This document shows, one piece after another, positions 48,323 through 58,579 of a stretch of DNA of 64,000 bases. This DNA is from Terriglobia bacterium (GTDB taxonomy: Bacteria; Acidobacteriota; Terriglobia; 2-12-FULL-54-10): positions 1,120,001 to 1,184,000 of the forward strand of contig CAXVYR010000004.1 of assembly GCA_963666975.2 (NCBI GenBank), read 5' to 3'. Position 1 is the first letter of the stretch, and every line of letters begins with the position of its first letter. Both the position numbers and the translations under genes were made by a program. The notes below the pieces were generated by a model. The model worked only from the letters and a program-made list of their open reading frames with translations. It did no database searches and was not told the origin of the DNA.

Positions 48323-50482
48323 CTAGGCAAGGGGAAGAGGACTGCGGCTCAGGCTGAGGAGCACCGCTTTGCGCACAGCATGGATCTTGCTGCCATCCGG
48401 CAGAATCCTCCCGAGCGCCGTCACAGCGTTCTTGGCAGGAATAGCGCCCAGCACCATGACGACTTTTTCTAATATGGGCGTTTTGTCGCTGCTTCCCTCA
48501 AAGATAAATTGCTCCAGAGGAGCAACCGTTGCGGGATCTTTCCGAAAGATCAATTCATCCAGTGCGACCTCCTGCAAATGCACCTGCAGAGACGGCAAGG
48601 CTTTGGCCAGCATCTCCCCAAGACCGGGAGCATGGCTTTTTATCATGGATGTGACCGCCGCTTGTTGCACCCTGGCGTCTGGATGGCAAAGAGCTCCTAT
48701 CAATTGCTGGGGGAGTTCCTGGTCGCCCAGGTCTCCCAAAACGTAGCAGGCGTTCCGCACCACGTACCAGCGTTCATCGCTCAGTCTCTTTCGTGTCGGC
48801 TCGATGGAGTGGGAGCCGAGTTGCCCGGTCAGGCGGATCAACCGCATGCGGTTGGCGGCTGAGGGTTCCTCCTCGATCCGCTGGAAGGCGGCCTCCGCCC
48901 CCTGCGCTCCCGCCCACTTCAGCAAGGAAGTCACCGTCCGGAGCCAGCCGGGGTCGTCGCGCTTCTGAAGATACAATTCGATCAAACGCTCAATGGAGGC
49001 CGGCGTGAGCAGGTTTTCCAGAGCCTTGCCGCAACACTCCGCGTGTTGCGCGCGGTCTGTTGCGAGAGAGCGCTCCAGATCCATCCCGATCTGGCGGACC
49101 GCCTCGAAATCTTCGTACAGGGCCATAACCTGCACCGCGCCCGTCAGGCAGTTCGCCACGTACGGGTGGCACTGCCAATCCATTTGCTTCGGCTCCAGCA
49201 GTTCTCTGCCCAAGCGGGCGGCAACCGTGTGCAGAAATTCGAGAGTCTGGAGGCTCGATAGGGCGCGGAGAAGCTCCGGCGCTCTGGTCAGTTCCTTGAT
49301 CCGGGTATCAGGCGAAGCCGCCTCCAGCAACGAGAAGTAGTGCCCGGCGACCTCGGTAACCTCGCCGAAGTTTCCCTCGTTTCGCATCTCTTCCGTGTAC
49401 TGGACAAGATACCGGAATTCCTGGCTGCTGAAGCGTTGCAAGCTCATCAGGTGAGCATGCTTCTCCTCCGGGGAGAGCGAAAACCACATCAGTTCGTTCC
49501 GGATGCGATCTGTGACCTCTGCCGACAGGTTCGCCGCCTCGAAAAACTGCGATAACTTCAGCAGGAAACGCTGCGCCATCCGCGTGGTCTGCATAGCTCG
49601 CGTCAGGACTCGGATCACTTCTTCTTCCACAGCCGCCCCTGCGGGAGCGGCGGATAATCGCTGCACCGACCACTCGACGGCCATATCTTCCGCCAGATCG
49701 GAGGCCACTTCCTGCGGGGAGCGGCCGCGCAACTCGTTCTGCTTGCCGACGGGCAGCAAGGAAATCAGGGAATCCGGTTTGACCTCTTCGAGCAGGCGGG
49801 CCAAAGCCAGCACTGTTTCGCCGGGATTCCGCTCCGGGTCCGCCCAGGCGGCCTGGATGGCTTTGGTTGCCAGGTCGTAGATCTCGCCGGTGCTCCCGGC
49901 AAAACCGGACGGCTTTTCCATTCCCGCCGACTGGAGAAGCATCTCCAGACCCAAACCGGATACGCCGGTTCCGGGCTGCGGCGGCAGGATTGCCTGCGCC
50001 ATCAGGTAGGACTGGGCGTCCATTTCCAGCACCGTGTCCTCGTCCGGGCCTCCTTTCCTTCCTGCCGGCAAAACCTGCATTCCCTCGATGGGATTTCGAT
50101 TCAGCAACGCCTTGATCCCGCCATTTTGTTCAATGGCTTCTGGTTTTGTGGAGAGAAGCCCCAACCCTCGCCTGAACTCCTTAAAAGTGATCCCCGCCGA
50201 AAAGCAGACGGCTGCAATGCCCCGCTTGGAGAACTCAACCTCCATAGGAGCCAGAGAGTTGTCGGATGTGAGGATGTTATTGAGCAGGACGCGCTGATTC
50301 AGGAAGCCGAGGGTAAATCGCGTGGTTTCCTTCAGCAGCGGGTTCAGCGAGGCGTAAGTTTGCTGTAAGGGCCTCTCTGCCGCGGGGTGCTCCGCCGAAT
50401 ACAGGAGCGCGATCTTATAAGCCCTCTGCAGGGAACGCCCCAGTGCCAAACCCTGTGCCTTTAATTGTTTTTTGTCGATCAT
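48323..50482 (-). CDS. Cytoplasmic HEAT-repeat protein
   Basis: LYSAEHP N-terminal motif; LSDERWYVVRNACYVLG, HPDARVQQAAV repeats. Confidence 0.8.
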   Translation of the reverse strand: MIDKKQLKAQGLALGRSLQRAYKIALLYSAEHPAAERPLQQTYASLNPLLKETTRFTLGFLNQRVLLNNILTSDNSLAPMEVEFSKRGIAAVCFSAGITFKEFRRGLGLLSTKPEAIEQNGGIKALLNRNPIEGMQVLPAGRKGGPDEDTVLEMDAQSYLMAQAILPPQPGTGVSGLGLEMLLQSAGMEKPSGFAGSTGEIYDLATKAIQAAWADPERNPGETVLALARLLEEVKPDSLISLLPVGKQNELRGRSPQEVASDLAEDMAVEWSVQRLSAAPAGAAVEEEVIRVLTRAMQTTRMAQRFLLKLSQFFEAANLSAEVTDRIRNELMWFSLSPEEKHAHLMSLQRFSSQEFRYLVQYTEEMRNEGNFGEVTEVAGHYFSLLEAASPDTRIKELTRAPELLRALSSLQTLEFLHTVAARLGRELLEPKQMDWQCHPYVANCLTGAVQVMALYEDFEAVRQIGMDLERSLATDRAQHAECCGKALENLLTPASIERLIELYLQKRDDPGWLRTVTSLLKWAGAQGAEAAFQRIEEEPSAANRMRLIRLTGQLGSHSIEPTRKRLSDERWYVVRNACYVLGDLGDQELPQQLIGALCHPDARVQQAAVTSMIKSHAPGLGEMLAKALPSLQVHLQEVALDELIFRKDPATVAPLEQFIFEGSSDKTPILEKVVMVLGAIPAKNAVTALGRILPDGSKIHAVRKAVLLSLSRSPLPLA

Positions 50483-50534
50483 AGACGATAGACGGATGCT
50501 AATTACACGAATTCCCTTACAGACAAGGAACGAT

Positions 50535-50590
50535 CATTATTGGATTTTACTGCATAGCCATTATTGGATTTTACTGCATAGGGGGGGGGG
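50535..50590. repeat. 24-bp tandem duplication followed by a G10 tract
   Basis: CATTATTGGATTTTACTGCATAG(C) twice, then GGGGGGGGGG at 50581-50590. Confidence 0.9.
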
Positions 50591-50677
50591 CCTGCCAAAT
50601 ATACAGTACTGTGGTTGTGGCTCCAACTATTTTCTGTGTGCGGATTCAATCAAGTTCAGGATTGGTGAATACAGAAA

Positions 50678-50959
50678 CTAAAGCGGTTTGCAACGAATGC
50701 TGGTGGGAGGCGACTGTGAACAGCGAAAGCTCTCTGCCCGGTTTCCGGCCAGGACGGAGCAGGCGTTGTCCTTGGCGGTCTGGATCGCCAGCTGTTCATC
50801 TTCTGCTTTTACAGTCATGCAATTGGTCTTCCCGTCGATCTCGACGCAAACCTCGCATTCATACTGCCGCATGCCCATGGTCTGAAAGATAATCGCAAGC
50901 AGAAACAGCACTCCAAATACGATCCCAACCAGCGTTCCTTTTGAGAGAGGTGGCTTCAT
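50678..50959 (-). CDS. Small membrane-anchored six-Cys hypothetical protein
   Basis: N-terminal TM helix, then YECEVC...NC...NAC...RC...RC. Confidence 0.72.
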   Translation of the reverse strand: MKPPLSKGTLVGIVFGVLFLLAIIFQTMGMRQYECEVCVEIDGKTNCMTVKAEDEQLAIQTAKDNACSVLAGNRAESFRCSQSPPTSIRCKPL

Positions 50960-51321
50960 CTGTTCCAACACTCGACGGTCATTGATGCGAGCAAGACACC
51001 CTGCGTTTTCACAGCGCTTGGGCCGCTGCAAACAGGCTCAGGCTAGCACAGTTGGCGGGATCGCGGCAATGTGTTGGCAGCGTGATCTTCCCCGGTTGCT
51101 TGCCAACGCCGGGCCTGTTTCCTGCATCCAATGGAATTGATTTGGAAAGATGCCTCTTTCTCCACTATGATCGTGTAAATGGGAAGACAGGGCGGACAGC
51201 CCTTTCCTTCGATAGGGTTGCAACGGAAGGCAGGGTTGCCGCAGGCGATCACCAATCCGGTGCGGATGCGGGGTCGGGGCCTTCACTCAAAACGGAAGCA
51301 TGAAAATGAAAGGGTTCTAGC

Positions 51322-52920
51322 ATGAGGAATTTCCGCAAGCTTTTCTTGGCGATTTGGCTTTTATTCATCCCCGTCGCCTTGAGCGCCCAAAACGTGGGGC
51401 TCGACGTCATCGAGCGCTCCCTCGGTAACGGCATGAAGATTTTGATGGTCGAACGGCACGACTCGCCCACCGTTGCGCTCTATCTGCGTTTCCGCGTGGG
51501 GGGCGTCGATGATCCGCAGGGACGAACCGGCATTGCGCATCTGCTGGAACACATGATGTTCAAGGGAACCAAAATTTACGGAACCACTGGCTTCCCAGCA
51601 GAGGTCCCCTTGATGGAGAAGATCGACCGCGCTTATGCGGAGCTGGACCGCGAGCGCCGCAAACGCGGTTCCGCCTTTGAGGAGCCGGATGAAGCCAAGC
51701 TCAGTCAGCTCGAACAAGAGATGGCGGATGCCTTGCAGCAGCAGAGGGAATACATCGTCAAGGATGAACTCTGGCAGACCTACCAGCGGCTGGGCGGGAC
51801 TCGGTTGAATGCTTCCACCGGCCAGGACTCCACCCAATACTTCGTCCAGTTGCCTTCCAATCAACTGGAGGTGTGGGCCTTTCTGGAGTCGGACCGCCTT
51901 GCCAACCCCGTCTTCCGCGAGTTTTATCCGGAACGGGACGTGGTGCACGAAGAGCGGCGCATGCGGACCGACACGCGTCCGAGCGGCCTGCTCTGGGAGG
52001 TCTTCAACTCCACGGCGTTTCAGGCGCATCCCTATCGCAATCCGGTCGTCGGGTGGGCTGGCGATCTGGACAACATGACGCGGGAGGAGGTGCTTGAATA
52101 CTTCAAGACCTTTTATGCGCCAAACAACGCCATCGCGGCCATCGTGGGCGACATCGACCCGGACAAGACCATGGCCATCATGAAGAAATACTTCGGGCCG
52201 TTGCAGGCTCAAACCCTTCCCCGGCGCAGCATCACCCAGGAGCCGCAACAGCAGGGCGAGCGGCGCGTGACGATTTCCTTGGACGCCCAGCCGCAGATGC
52301 ATATCGGGTATCACATTCCGCAGATCGGCCACGAGGACAGCTACGCGCTGGACGTTCTGGGCCAGCTCCTCTCCGGCGTCTCCAGGGAATCACGCACCGG
52401 GCGGCTCTACAAGAGCCTGGTCCTGGAGAAGAAAGTGGCCCTCCAAGCCGACGCCGGGCCCATGACCAGCCTTTATCCCAGCTTGTTTGTCGTCTCCGCC
52501 ACCCCGGCCCGGGGAAAAAGCTCCCAGGAATTGGAGGAGGCCATCTACGAAGAGATCGGCAAACTGCAACAAGAGCCTCCCAGCGAAGAGGAACTGACCC
52601 GCGTCCGCAACGCCGTGGATGCCTCCGCGATCCGTTCGCTGCGGTCGAATTTCGGCATTGCCAGGGTTATTGCCGCCTCCGAGCACTTGGCCGGAAGCTG
52701 GCGCTACGTGCTGGAGGAGAGGGAAAAGCTGAAGGCCGTGACTGCGGTGGATGTGCAGAACGTGGCGAAGAAATACTTCGCGGAGGAGAACCGCGCGGTG
52801 GCGGAGCTCAAATCGAAGTCCCGGCCGGGCGGCGCGGCGACCCCGCCGCCTCCTGCTTCCGCCGGACGTTTGCAGAGCACACCCGCGCAGGGCATACCCG
52901 GAGATTTGGAGAACAAATAA
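51322..52920 (+). CDS. M16-family zinc peptidase, catalytic subunit
   Basis: Signal peptide; GIAHLLEHMMFKG (HxxEH), NAST, EERRMR, HPY, FYAPNNA. Confidence 0.93.
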   Translation: MRNFRKLFLAIWLLFIPVALSAQNVGLDVIERSLGNGMKILMVERHDSPTVALYLRFRVGGVDDPQGRTGIAHLLEHMMFKGTKIYGTTGFPAEVPLMEKIDRAYAELDRERRKRGSAFEEPDEAKLSQLEQEMADALQQQREYIVKDELWQTYQRLGGTRLNASTGQDSTQYFVQLPSNQLEVWAFLESDRLANPVFREFYPERDVVHEERRMRTDTRPSGLLWEVFNSTAFQAHPYRNPVVGWAGDLDNMTREEVLEYFKTFYAPNNAIAAIVGDIDPDKTMAIMKKYFGPLQAQTLPRRSITQEPQQQGERRVTISLDAQPQMHIGYHIPQIGHEDSYALDVLGQLLSGVSRESRTGRLYKSLVLEKKVALQADAGPMTSLYPSLFVVSATPARGKSSQELEEAIYEEIGKLQQEPPSEEELTRVRNAVDASAIRSLRSNFGIARVIAASEHLAGSWRYVLEEREKLKAVTAVDVQNVAKKYFAEENRAVAELKSKSRPGGAATPPPPASAGRLQSTPAQGIPGDLENK

Positions 52921-52922
52921 TA

Positions 52923-54431
52923 ATGAAACGCTTCCTCTTAATTATTTTCTCGGTTGCGATTGCCGTGGGCGCTCTGTCGGCTCAGATGGGCGAGCATGGC
53001 GGAGCGTCGGCTACCCGCGGCGACAGCCATTCGGCAGGCTGGGACCAAGCCATGAAGTTGAAGGGTCCTCCGATCGCTCCCACCTTTCCAGAGGTGGGCA
53101 AGGAAATCGAGCGCGTGGTCTTCGATAACGGCATGATCGTTTATATCCAGGAAGACCATCGCCTTCCGCTGCTCGATGTAAACGTGCTGGTGCGGACCGG
53201 CAGCTACTACGAACCGGCCGGCGAACTGGGGACCGCCGCGCTGGCAGGCGAGTTGCTCCGCACGGGCGGCACCAAGAACTATCCCACCGAGCAACTGGAG
53301 GAGCGGCTGGACTTCATCGCCGCCGAACTCTCGGCCTCGATGGGAAGGGAGCAGGCGAACGTCTCGCTGAACGTGCCGCAGAAGGATGCCGACGAGGCTC
53401 TCCGCATCCTGGCCGACGTGCTGCGATACCCGGCCTTCGATGAATCCCTCCTGGAGCTGGCCAAGCAGCAGACCATCTTTTCCCTGCGCCGCTCCAACGA
53501 CACTCCCGGCTCCATGCTCCGGCGGGAGTTTTCGCGGCTCCTCTATACCGAGGAGCACCCCTCCGGACGCACTCCCACACCGGAGCGCATCGGCCAGATC
53601 AGCCGTGATGACCTGATTCGGTTTCACAGCAGGTATTTCCACCCGAACCAGATCATGCTGGGCCTGACGGGGGATTTCGACAAAACCGAGATGCTCCTAA
53701 AGCTGCGGGAACTGCTGGGCGACTGGTCATCCGGCGAAGTCAGCCTCCCCCTGCTGCCCATGGCCAATCAGCAACCGAAGCCCGGTGTTTATTACATTCC
53801 CAAGGAGGTCAACCAATCGAACCTCCGCATCGGCCACTGGGGGACGAACCGGGACAACCCGGACCGCTTCGCCATCAGTTTGATGAACTCCATTCTTGGC
53901 GGGTCGGCCTTCAGCTCCCGCATCTCCCAGCGCGTGCGCACCGAGGAGGGATTGGCATACAGCGTCGGCACCGCCTTCCCGACCAGCCAAAGAGACATCA
54001 GTTTTTTCCTGGCCGCTGCGCAAACCAAGACGGAGTCCACGGTTCAGGCCATTGATTCGATTCTGGACGAGGTCGGCAAGATCGGCGCCGAGCGGGTTTC
54101 CCGGAATGAGTTTGACACCGCCAAGGAGATGTTTCTCTACGGCTATGTCTTTCGTTACACCGATCCGGCTCGGTCGCTGGCCGCGCTGATGCAGGTGGAG
54201 TATGACGGCCTGCCCTCCGACTACCTGCAAAAACAGTTTGCGGGATACCAGGCGGTGACGCCGGAAGACATCCAACGCGTGGCCCGGGACTATCTCCGCC
54301 CGGACCAGTTGACGATCTTCGTCGTAGGCGACTACCAGAAATTCGCAGACGAGTTGAGCCGCCTCGGTGAGCCGCAGGAAATCCAACCCCTCCAGTTTGA
54401 AGACGAGAACCAGCCCAGGCAAGGACGGTAA
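52923..54431 (+). CDS. M16-family peptidase, non-catalytic partner subunit
   Basis: Signal peptide; EDHRLP, ILGG..FSSRI..VR.EEGLAY; no HxxEH motif. Confidence 0.9.
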   Translation: MKRFLLIIFSVAIAVGALSAQMGEHGGASATRGDSHSAGWDQAMKLKGPPIAPTFPEVGKEIERVVFDNGMIVYIQEDHRLPLLDVNVLVRTGSYYEPAGELGTAALAGELLRTGGTKNYPTEQLEERLDFIAAELSASMGREQANVSLNVPQKDADEALRILADVLRYPAFDESLLELAKQQTIFSLRRSNDTPGSMLRREFSRLLYTEEHPSGRTPTPERIGQISRDDLIRFHSRYFHPNQIMLGLTGDFDKTEMLLKLRELLGDWSSGEVSLPLLPMANQQPKPGVYYIPKEVNQSNLRIGHWGTNRDNPDRFAISLMNSILGGSAFSSRISQRVRTEEGLAYSVGTAFPTSQRDISFFLAAAQTKTESTVQAIDSILDEVGKIGAERVSRNEFDTAKEMFLYGYVFRYTDPARSLAALMQVEYDGLPSDYLQKQFAGYQAVTPEDIQRVARDYLRPDQLTIFVVGDYQKFADELSRLGEPQEIQPLQFEDENQPRQGR

Positions 54432-54459
54432 AGACCCTGGGTCCGGCTTGACTCTCCCC

Positions 54460-55467
54460 TCAGCTTCCGCTCGTGTAGGCATAAAGAAGCCCGATAGCTG
54501 TGAAGTAGACCAGCAGCATGAGGACGCTGCCGGGCTCGAACAGCGGAAAACGCCGCTTGCTGCGGAAGACGATAGCGGCAAGACCCAGAGTCGTCAAGAC
54601 AACGGCGAACAGGCCTGTGACGGCGTGAATGGGCTCCAGCGCCCCGAAGATCGGGCCGCCCGGATGCGCCAGGTCCATGGCGAAAAAGACCGCCATATTG
54701 AAGGCGTTCGAGCCGAAAAGGTTCCCTACCGCCAGGTCAATGGCTCCCAGCCGCACCGCAGCGAAAGAGGTGGCGAACTCAGGCAGCGAGGTGGAGAGTC
54801 CCACCAGCAAAGTTCCCACAAAGGTCGTTCCCAGTCCGGATAGCTCGGCGATCTGTTTGGCCGATGCGGCGAAATAGGGGGCGGCGATAAAAATGCCTGC
54901 CGCGCCCAGGGCGAACACCGCCAGCGCGCGGCGCAGTGAGGTCTTCGCGCCCTGTTCGTGATGAGAGGAGGCCTCCGTTGCCGGGGAGCCGGGCTTAACA
55001 ACCGTATGGAGGTAAACCGCGCGTGTCCCGAACACAAAGACGATCAGGAGCAAGGCGGATTCGGGACCCACGCCCAGCAGCGTCCTCTCAGTGTGTGTCA
55101 GCACGAAGAGGGTCCCGAGGCCGTTCAGGATGATGGCTAGACAGGCGGCCATGGCATGATCGGAGGACGCCTCGCGGAAGACGCGTCCGGCCGGCGACAG
55201 CAGGCCGAGCAGGGCCAGCAGAAGCATGTTGGCGAGGCTCGAGCCGAACAGGTCTCCGGCAGCCAGATCCGGGACGCCCAGGCGCACCGCCGCGACATCG
55301 GTAGTCAACTCCGGAAGCGAGGTGGCCCCGGCCAGCAGCACTGACCCGATCCAGACGCGCCCGAGGCGGGTGTGCTCCGCAATGGCGTCACCGCTTTTCG
55401 CCAGCACGGTTCCGGCGGCGACGATGACGGCGCCGCTCGCGAGAAATCCCAGCAGCGCAGCGGTCAT
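54460..55467 (-). CDS. Sodium:calcium (CaCA/YrbG-like) antiporter
   Basis: Two alpha repeats: ATSLPE...GDLFGS and STSLPE...GNLFGSN. Confidence 0.92.
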   Translation of the reverse strand: MTAALLGFLASGAVIVAAGTVLAKSGDAIAEHTRLGRVWIGSVLLAGATSLPELTTDVAAVRLGVPDLAAGDLFGSSLANMLLLALLGLLSPAGRVFREASSDHAMAACLAIILNGLGTLFVLTHTERTLLGVGPESALLLIVFVFGTRAVYLHTVVKPGSPATEASSHHEQGAKTSLRRALAVFALGAAGIFIAAPYFAASAKQIAELSGLGTTFVGTLLVGLSTSLPEFATSFAAVRLGAIDLAVGNLFGSNAFNMAVFFAMDLAHPGGPIFGALEPIHAVTGLFAVVLTTLGLAAIVFRSKRRFPLFEPGSVLMLLVYFTAIGLLYAYTSGS

Positions 55468-55569
55468 ATGCGGTGCTCCTGCTGAAAGCGCGTGCCGAGC
55501 CAGGGAGCAACGGCGAAGACGTTGTTTTTTCCGGAAGGATTAAAATGATTCGTATTCAATATTCTTCCT

Positions 55570-55639
55570 GGTGTTTGCATCTTGGTGTTTGCATCTTCGC
55601 GTTTGCATGCTGGTGATTGCATGCTAGAGTTGGCGTCTT
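55570..55639. repeat. Five degenerate 14-bp tandem repeats in a divergent intergenic region
   Basis: GGTGTTTGCATCTT, GGTGTTTGCATCTT, CGCGTTTGCATGCT, GGTGATTGCATGCT, AGAGTTGGCGTCTT. Confidence 0.8.
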
Positions 55640-55880
55640 GTTGCCGGGCCCGCATCGTGGTGGTATGCTAGCATAGCTGATTTTTGCAGAGAGCTTCAAA
55701 TCATCCGGTTGCTGTGGGTGTCGCAGAGTGTTCGGGCGCCGGCAGCCGGTAATTCCTTCCCTCTCCCAAAATCCGTTTCACAGTTCCCGGCCGTGATGTA
55801 GACTCACTCCGGGGCGCGAAAACAGCCGGCTGATTTTTGCTTGGCGGCGTGCCCCGAAGACGGGAGAAAAATCATCCATC

Positions 55881-57170
55881 ATGCGCAGGCTGAAACTGCA
55901 TTGGCAAATCCTCATCGGCATTGCGCTGGCGTGTATTGCCGGAACGCTCACGGGGACTGACGCGGGACTTTTTGGCGTCACCTATTACCAAGCCTACGAT
56001 TTCATCGGCACACTGTTTCTTAACGCTTTGAAGATGATTACTGTGCCGCTGATCCTGTCCGCCATCATAACCGGAATAGCAGGGATTGGCGGCGAGACTG
56101 GCCTGGGGCGTCTCGGTGTAAAAACCGTTCTCTATTACATGCTAACCAGCATGCTGGCGATACTCGTGGGCTTGGCGCTTGTCAACGCCATCGCGCCGGG
56201 GATGGTGGATGGCGAGCCGGCGGGCCTGCGCCTGGGCCTGGCAGAGGGTACAGAGGCCGCGCTGCAAGGTGTCGAAGGCAGGGGAGCCGGCGATATTGCA
56301 GAGGTCTTTCTGCGGATGGTGCCGCCCAATATCATCGCGGCTGCTGCTGAGGGCCAGATGCTGGGGCTGATTTTTTTCAGCCTGCTGTTCGGTTACTTTA
56401 TGACCCGCATTCAGCCGGACTATGCGGGATCACTGAAGCGGATATGGAATGGCATCTTTGAGACGATGATGCAGATCACTCTATGGGTGATGCGCTTTGC
56501 GCCTGTTGGTGTGTTCGGGCTGGTGGCGATGACGGTTTCCACAACAGGGTTTGAGGGCTTTGTTCCTTTGCTTTCCTTCTTCGTGACGGTGCTGCTGGCG
56601 CTGGCGATTCACACATTGGTCACCCTTCCCCTGTTGCTGCGTTTGGCGGGCCGTGTCAGTCCCTGGCTGCATTTTCGGGCGATGTCCCCGGCTCTGCTGA
56701 TGGCATTCTCCACGTCCTCCTCTTCCGCGACGCTGCCGATGACCCTGAAGTGCGTGCAGAAGAACGCCCGTGTTTCCAACCGCACCAGCAGTTTTGTCTT
56801 GCCGCTGGGCGCGACGGTCAATATGGATGGGACGGCGTTATACGAGTGCGTGGCGGCGATGTTCATCGCGCAGGCCTACGGGATCGAGTTGAGCTTTGGC
56901 CTGCAATTCACCATCGTGTTCCTCGCCTTGCTCACCTCCATAGGGGTAGCGGGCATCCCGGCGGCGAGTCTGGTGGCGATCATCGTGATTTTGGGCGCGG
57001 TCGGCCTGCCGGTTGAGGGTGTCGGGCTGATTTTAGTCACAGATCGCATCCTGGATATGTGCCGCACCGCAGTGAATGTCTTCAGCGATAGCTGCGGAGC
57101 TGTAATTATCGCAAAGACAGAGGGGGAAACCGGTGTGTTAAGTAAAGAGGTCGCGGAAACTCAGGGGTAA
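55881..57170 (+). CDS. Dicarboxylate/amino acid:cation symporter (GltP/GltT family)
   Basis: AFSTSSSSATLP, LGATVNMDGTALY, SIGVAGIP, DRILDMCRTAVNVFSD. Confidence 0.95.
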   Translation: MRRLKLHWQILIGIALACIAGTLTGTDAGLFGVTYYQAYDFIGTLFLNALKMITVPLILSAIITGIAGIGGETGLGRLGVKTVLYYMLTSMLAILVGLALVNAIAPGMVDGEPAGLRLGLAEGTEAALQGVEGRGAGDIAEVFLRMVPPNIIAAAAEGQMLGLIFFSLLFGYFMTRIQPDYAGSLKRIWNGIFETMMQITLWVMRFAPVGVFGLVAMTVSTTGFEGFVPLLSFFVTVLLALAIHTLVTLPLLLRLAGRVSPWLHFRAMSPALLMAFSTSSSSATLPMTLKCVQKNARVSNRTSSFVLPLGATVNMDGTALYECVAAMFIAQAYGIELSFGLQFTIVFLALLTSIGVAGIPAASLVAIIVILGAVGLPVEGVGLILVTDRILDMCRTAVNVFSDSCGAVIIAKTEGETGVLSKEVAETQG

Positions 57171-57205
57171 TCGCCGGGGCGACTGCATTCCGGCGGAACG
57201 AGCGA

Positions 57206-58579
57206 TCAGACGCCGTGTTTTTTGGCGTAGTGGCGGAAGGAGCGATAACTCATCTGCAACAACTCGGCGGCCTTGGTGCGGACCCCGAGGGAGCGAGCCA
57301 GGGCGGCCCCCAGCATTCCCCGCTCAATTTGTTGAATGTACTGCTCCAGGTCCAGGCCCTCTTCCGGAAGCTGCGACAGAATGCTTCGGTTGGATTTGAC
57401 GTCTATTTCGTGGACTACCCGTTCGGGCAGCGAATCCGGAATTATTTCCTCTCCTTTTTCCAAGGCCACCGCCCGTTCGATGGCGTTCTCGAGTTCCCGC
57501 ACGTTGCCCGGCCAGGGATAATTCTCCATCAGGCGGATGGATTCGCTGCTGATCTTGTGAATGGATTTCCCCATCTGGCCGCTGAATTTTTCGAGGAAAT
57601 GGAAGGCCAGCAAGGAAATGTCGCTGGGGCGGTTTCGCAAGGGTGGAATGTCCAGGGGAATCACGCTGATGCGATAGAACAGGTCCTCGCGGAACGTTTT
57701 TTCCTCGACCATCTGTTGCAAGTCCCGGTTGGAAGCGGCAATCACGCGGACATCCACGTCAATCTCCTCGTTGCCCCCTACGGGACGAATCTTGTGTTCC
57801 TGCAGGGCGCGCAGCAGCTTCACCTGCATGGGCTGGCTCATCTCCGCGATTTCATCCAAAAAGAGGGTTCCCCCGGAGGCGTACTCGAACAGGCCTTTTT
57901 TGTTCGTGGTTGCTCCGGTAAAGGCTCCCTTCAGATATCCGAACAGCTCGCTTTCGAGCAGCGTCTCTTGAAATGCGCTGCAATTGATGGAAACGAAAGG
58001 CTGCTTGCTGCGCATGCTGTGCAAGTGAATGGCGCGCGCCACCAGTTCCTTGCCTGTTCCGCTTTCTCCCAGGAGCAAGGCCGTGCTGTTGGCGGGGGCG
58101 ACGCTGAGGATCAACTCAAAGAGCGTCTTCATCGGGGAGCTTTGTCCCACGATGTTCTCCAGGCCCCCTTGTTTCCCCAACTCGCGCTTCAGAGAGACGT
58201 TTTCTTGTCTGATCCGGTGGATTTCCAGCGCCAGCTCGACTTTGAATTTCAGCTCATCCACCAGCGACGGCGTCTTGATCAGATAGTCGAAGGCCCCCAT
58301 CTGAACGGCTTGGACGGCTGTCTCGACCGATTCGTGGCCCGTGATCAGAATCACCAGCGCATCCGGCTGGGATTCGCGAACGTGCTGGAGTAGGTCCAGC
58401 CCGCTGGCCTGGGGCATTTTCATGTCGGAGATGATCAGGTCGTAGATCTGGCCCTCGATCTTTTGGAGCGCCGCCGGAACGCTGTTGGCAGTATCCACAC
58501 GGTGGCCCGCCTTCCGGAAGGTGATGTCCAGCATCTCGCAGATGGACTTTTCATCATCGACCACTAATAATTTCGCCAT
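57206..58579 (-). CDS. pilR: Sigma54-dependent response regulator, PilR-like
   Basis: Receiver domain (LVVDDE, SDMKMP), GESGTGKE, ESELFG, GAFTGA, FLDEI, WPGNVRELEN; HTH AAELLQMSYRSFRHY. Start set at ATG 58579. Confidence 0.85.
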   Translation of the reverse strand: MAKLLVVDDEKSICEMLDITFRKAGHRVDTANSVPAALQKIEGQIYDLIISDMKMPQASGLDLLQHVRESQPDALVILITGHESVETAVQAVQMGAFDYLIKTPSLVDELKFKVELALEIHRIRQENVSLKRELGKQGGLENIVGQSSPMKTLFELILSVAPANSTALLLGESGTGKELVARAIHLHSMRSKQPFVSINCSAFQETLLESELFGYLKGAFTGATTNKKGLFEYASGGTLFLDEIAEMSQPMQVKLLRALQEHKIRPVGGNEEIDVDVRVIAASNRDLQQMVEEKTFREDLFYRISVIPLDIPPLRNRPSDISLLAFHFLEKFSGQMGKSIHKISSESIRLMENYPWPGNVRELENAIERAVALEKGEEIIPDSLPERVVHEIDVKSNRSILSQLPEEGLDLEQYIQQIERGMLGAALARSLGVRTKAAELLQMSYRSFRHYAKKHGV

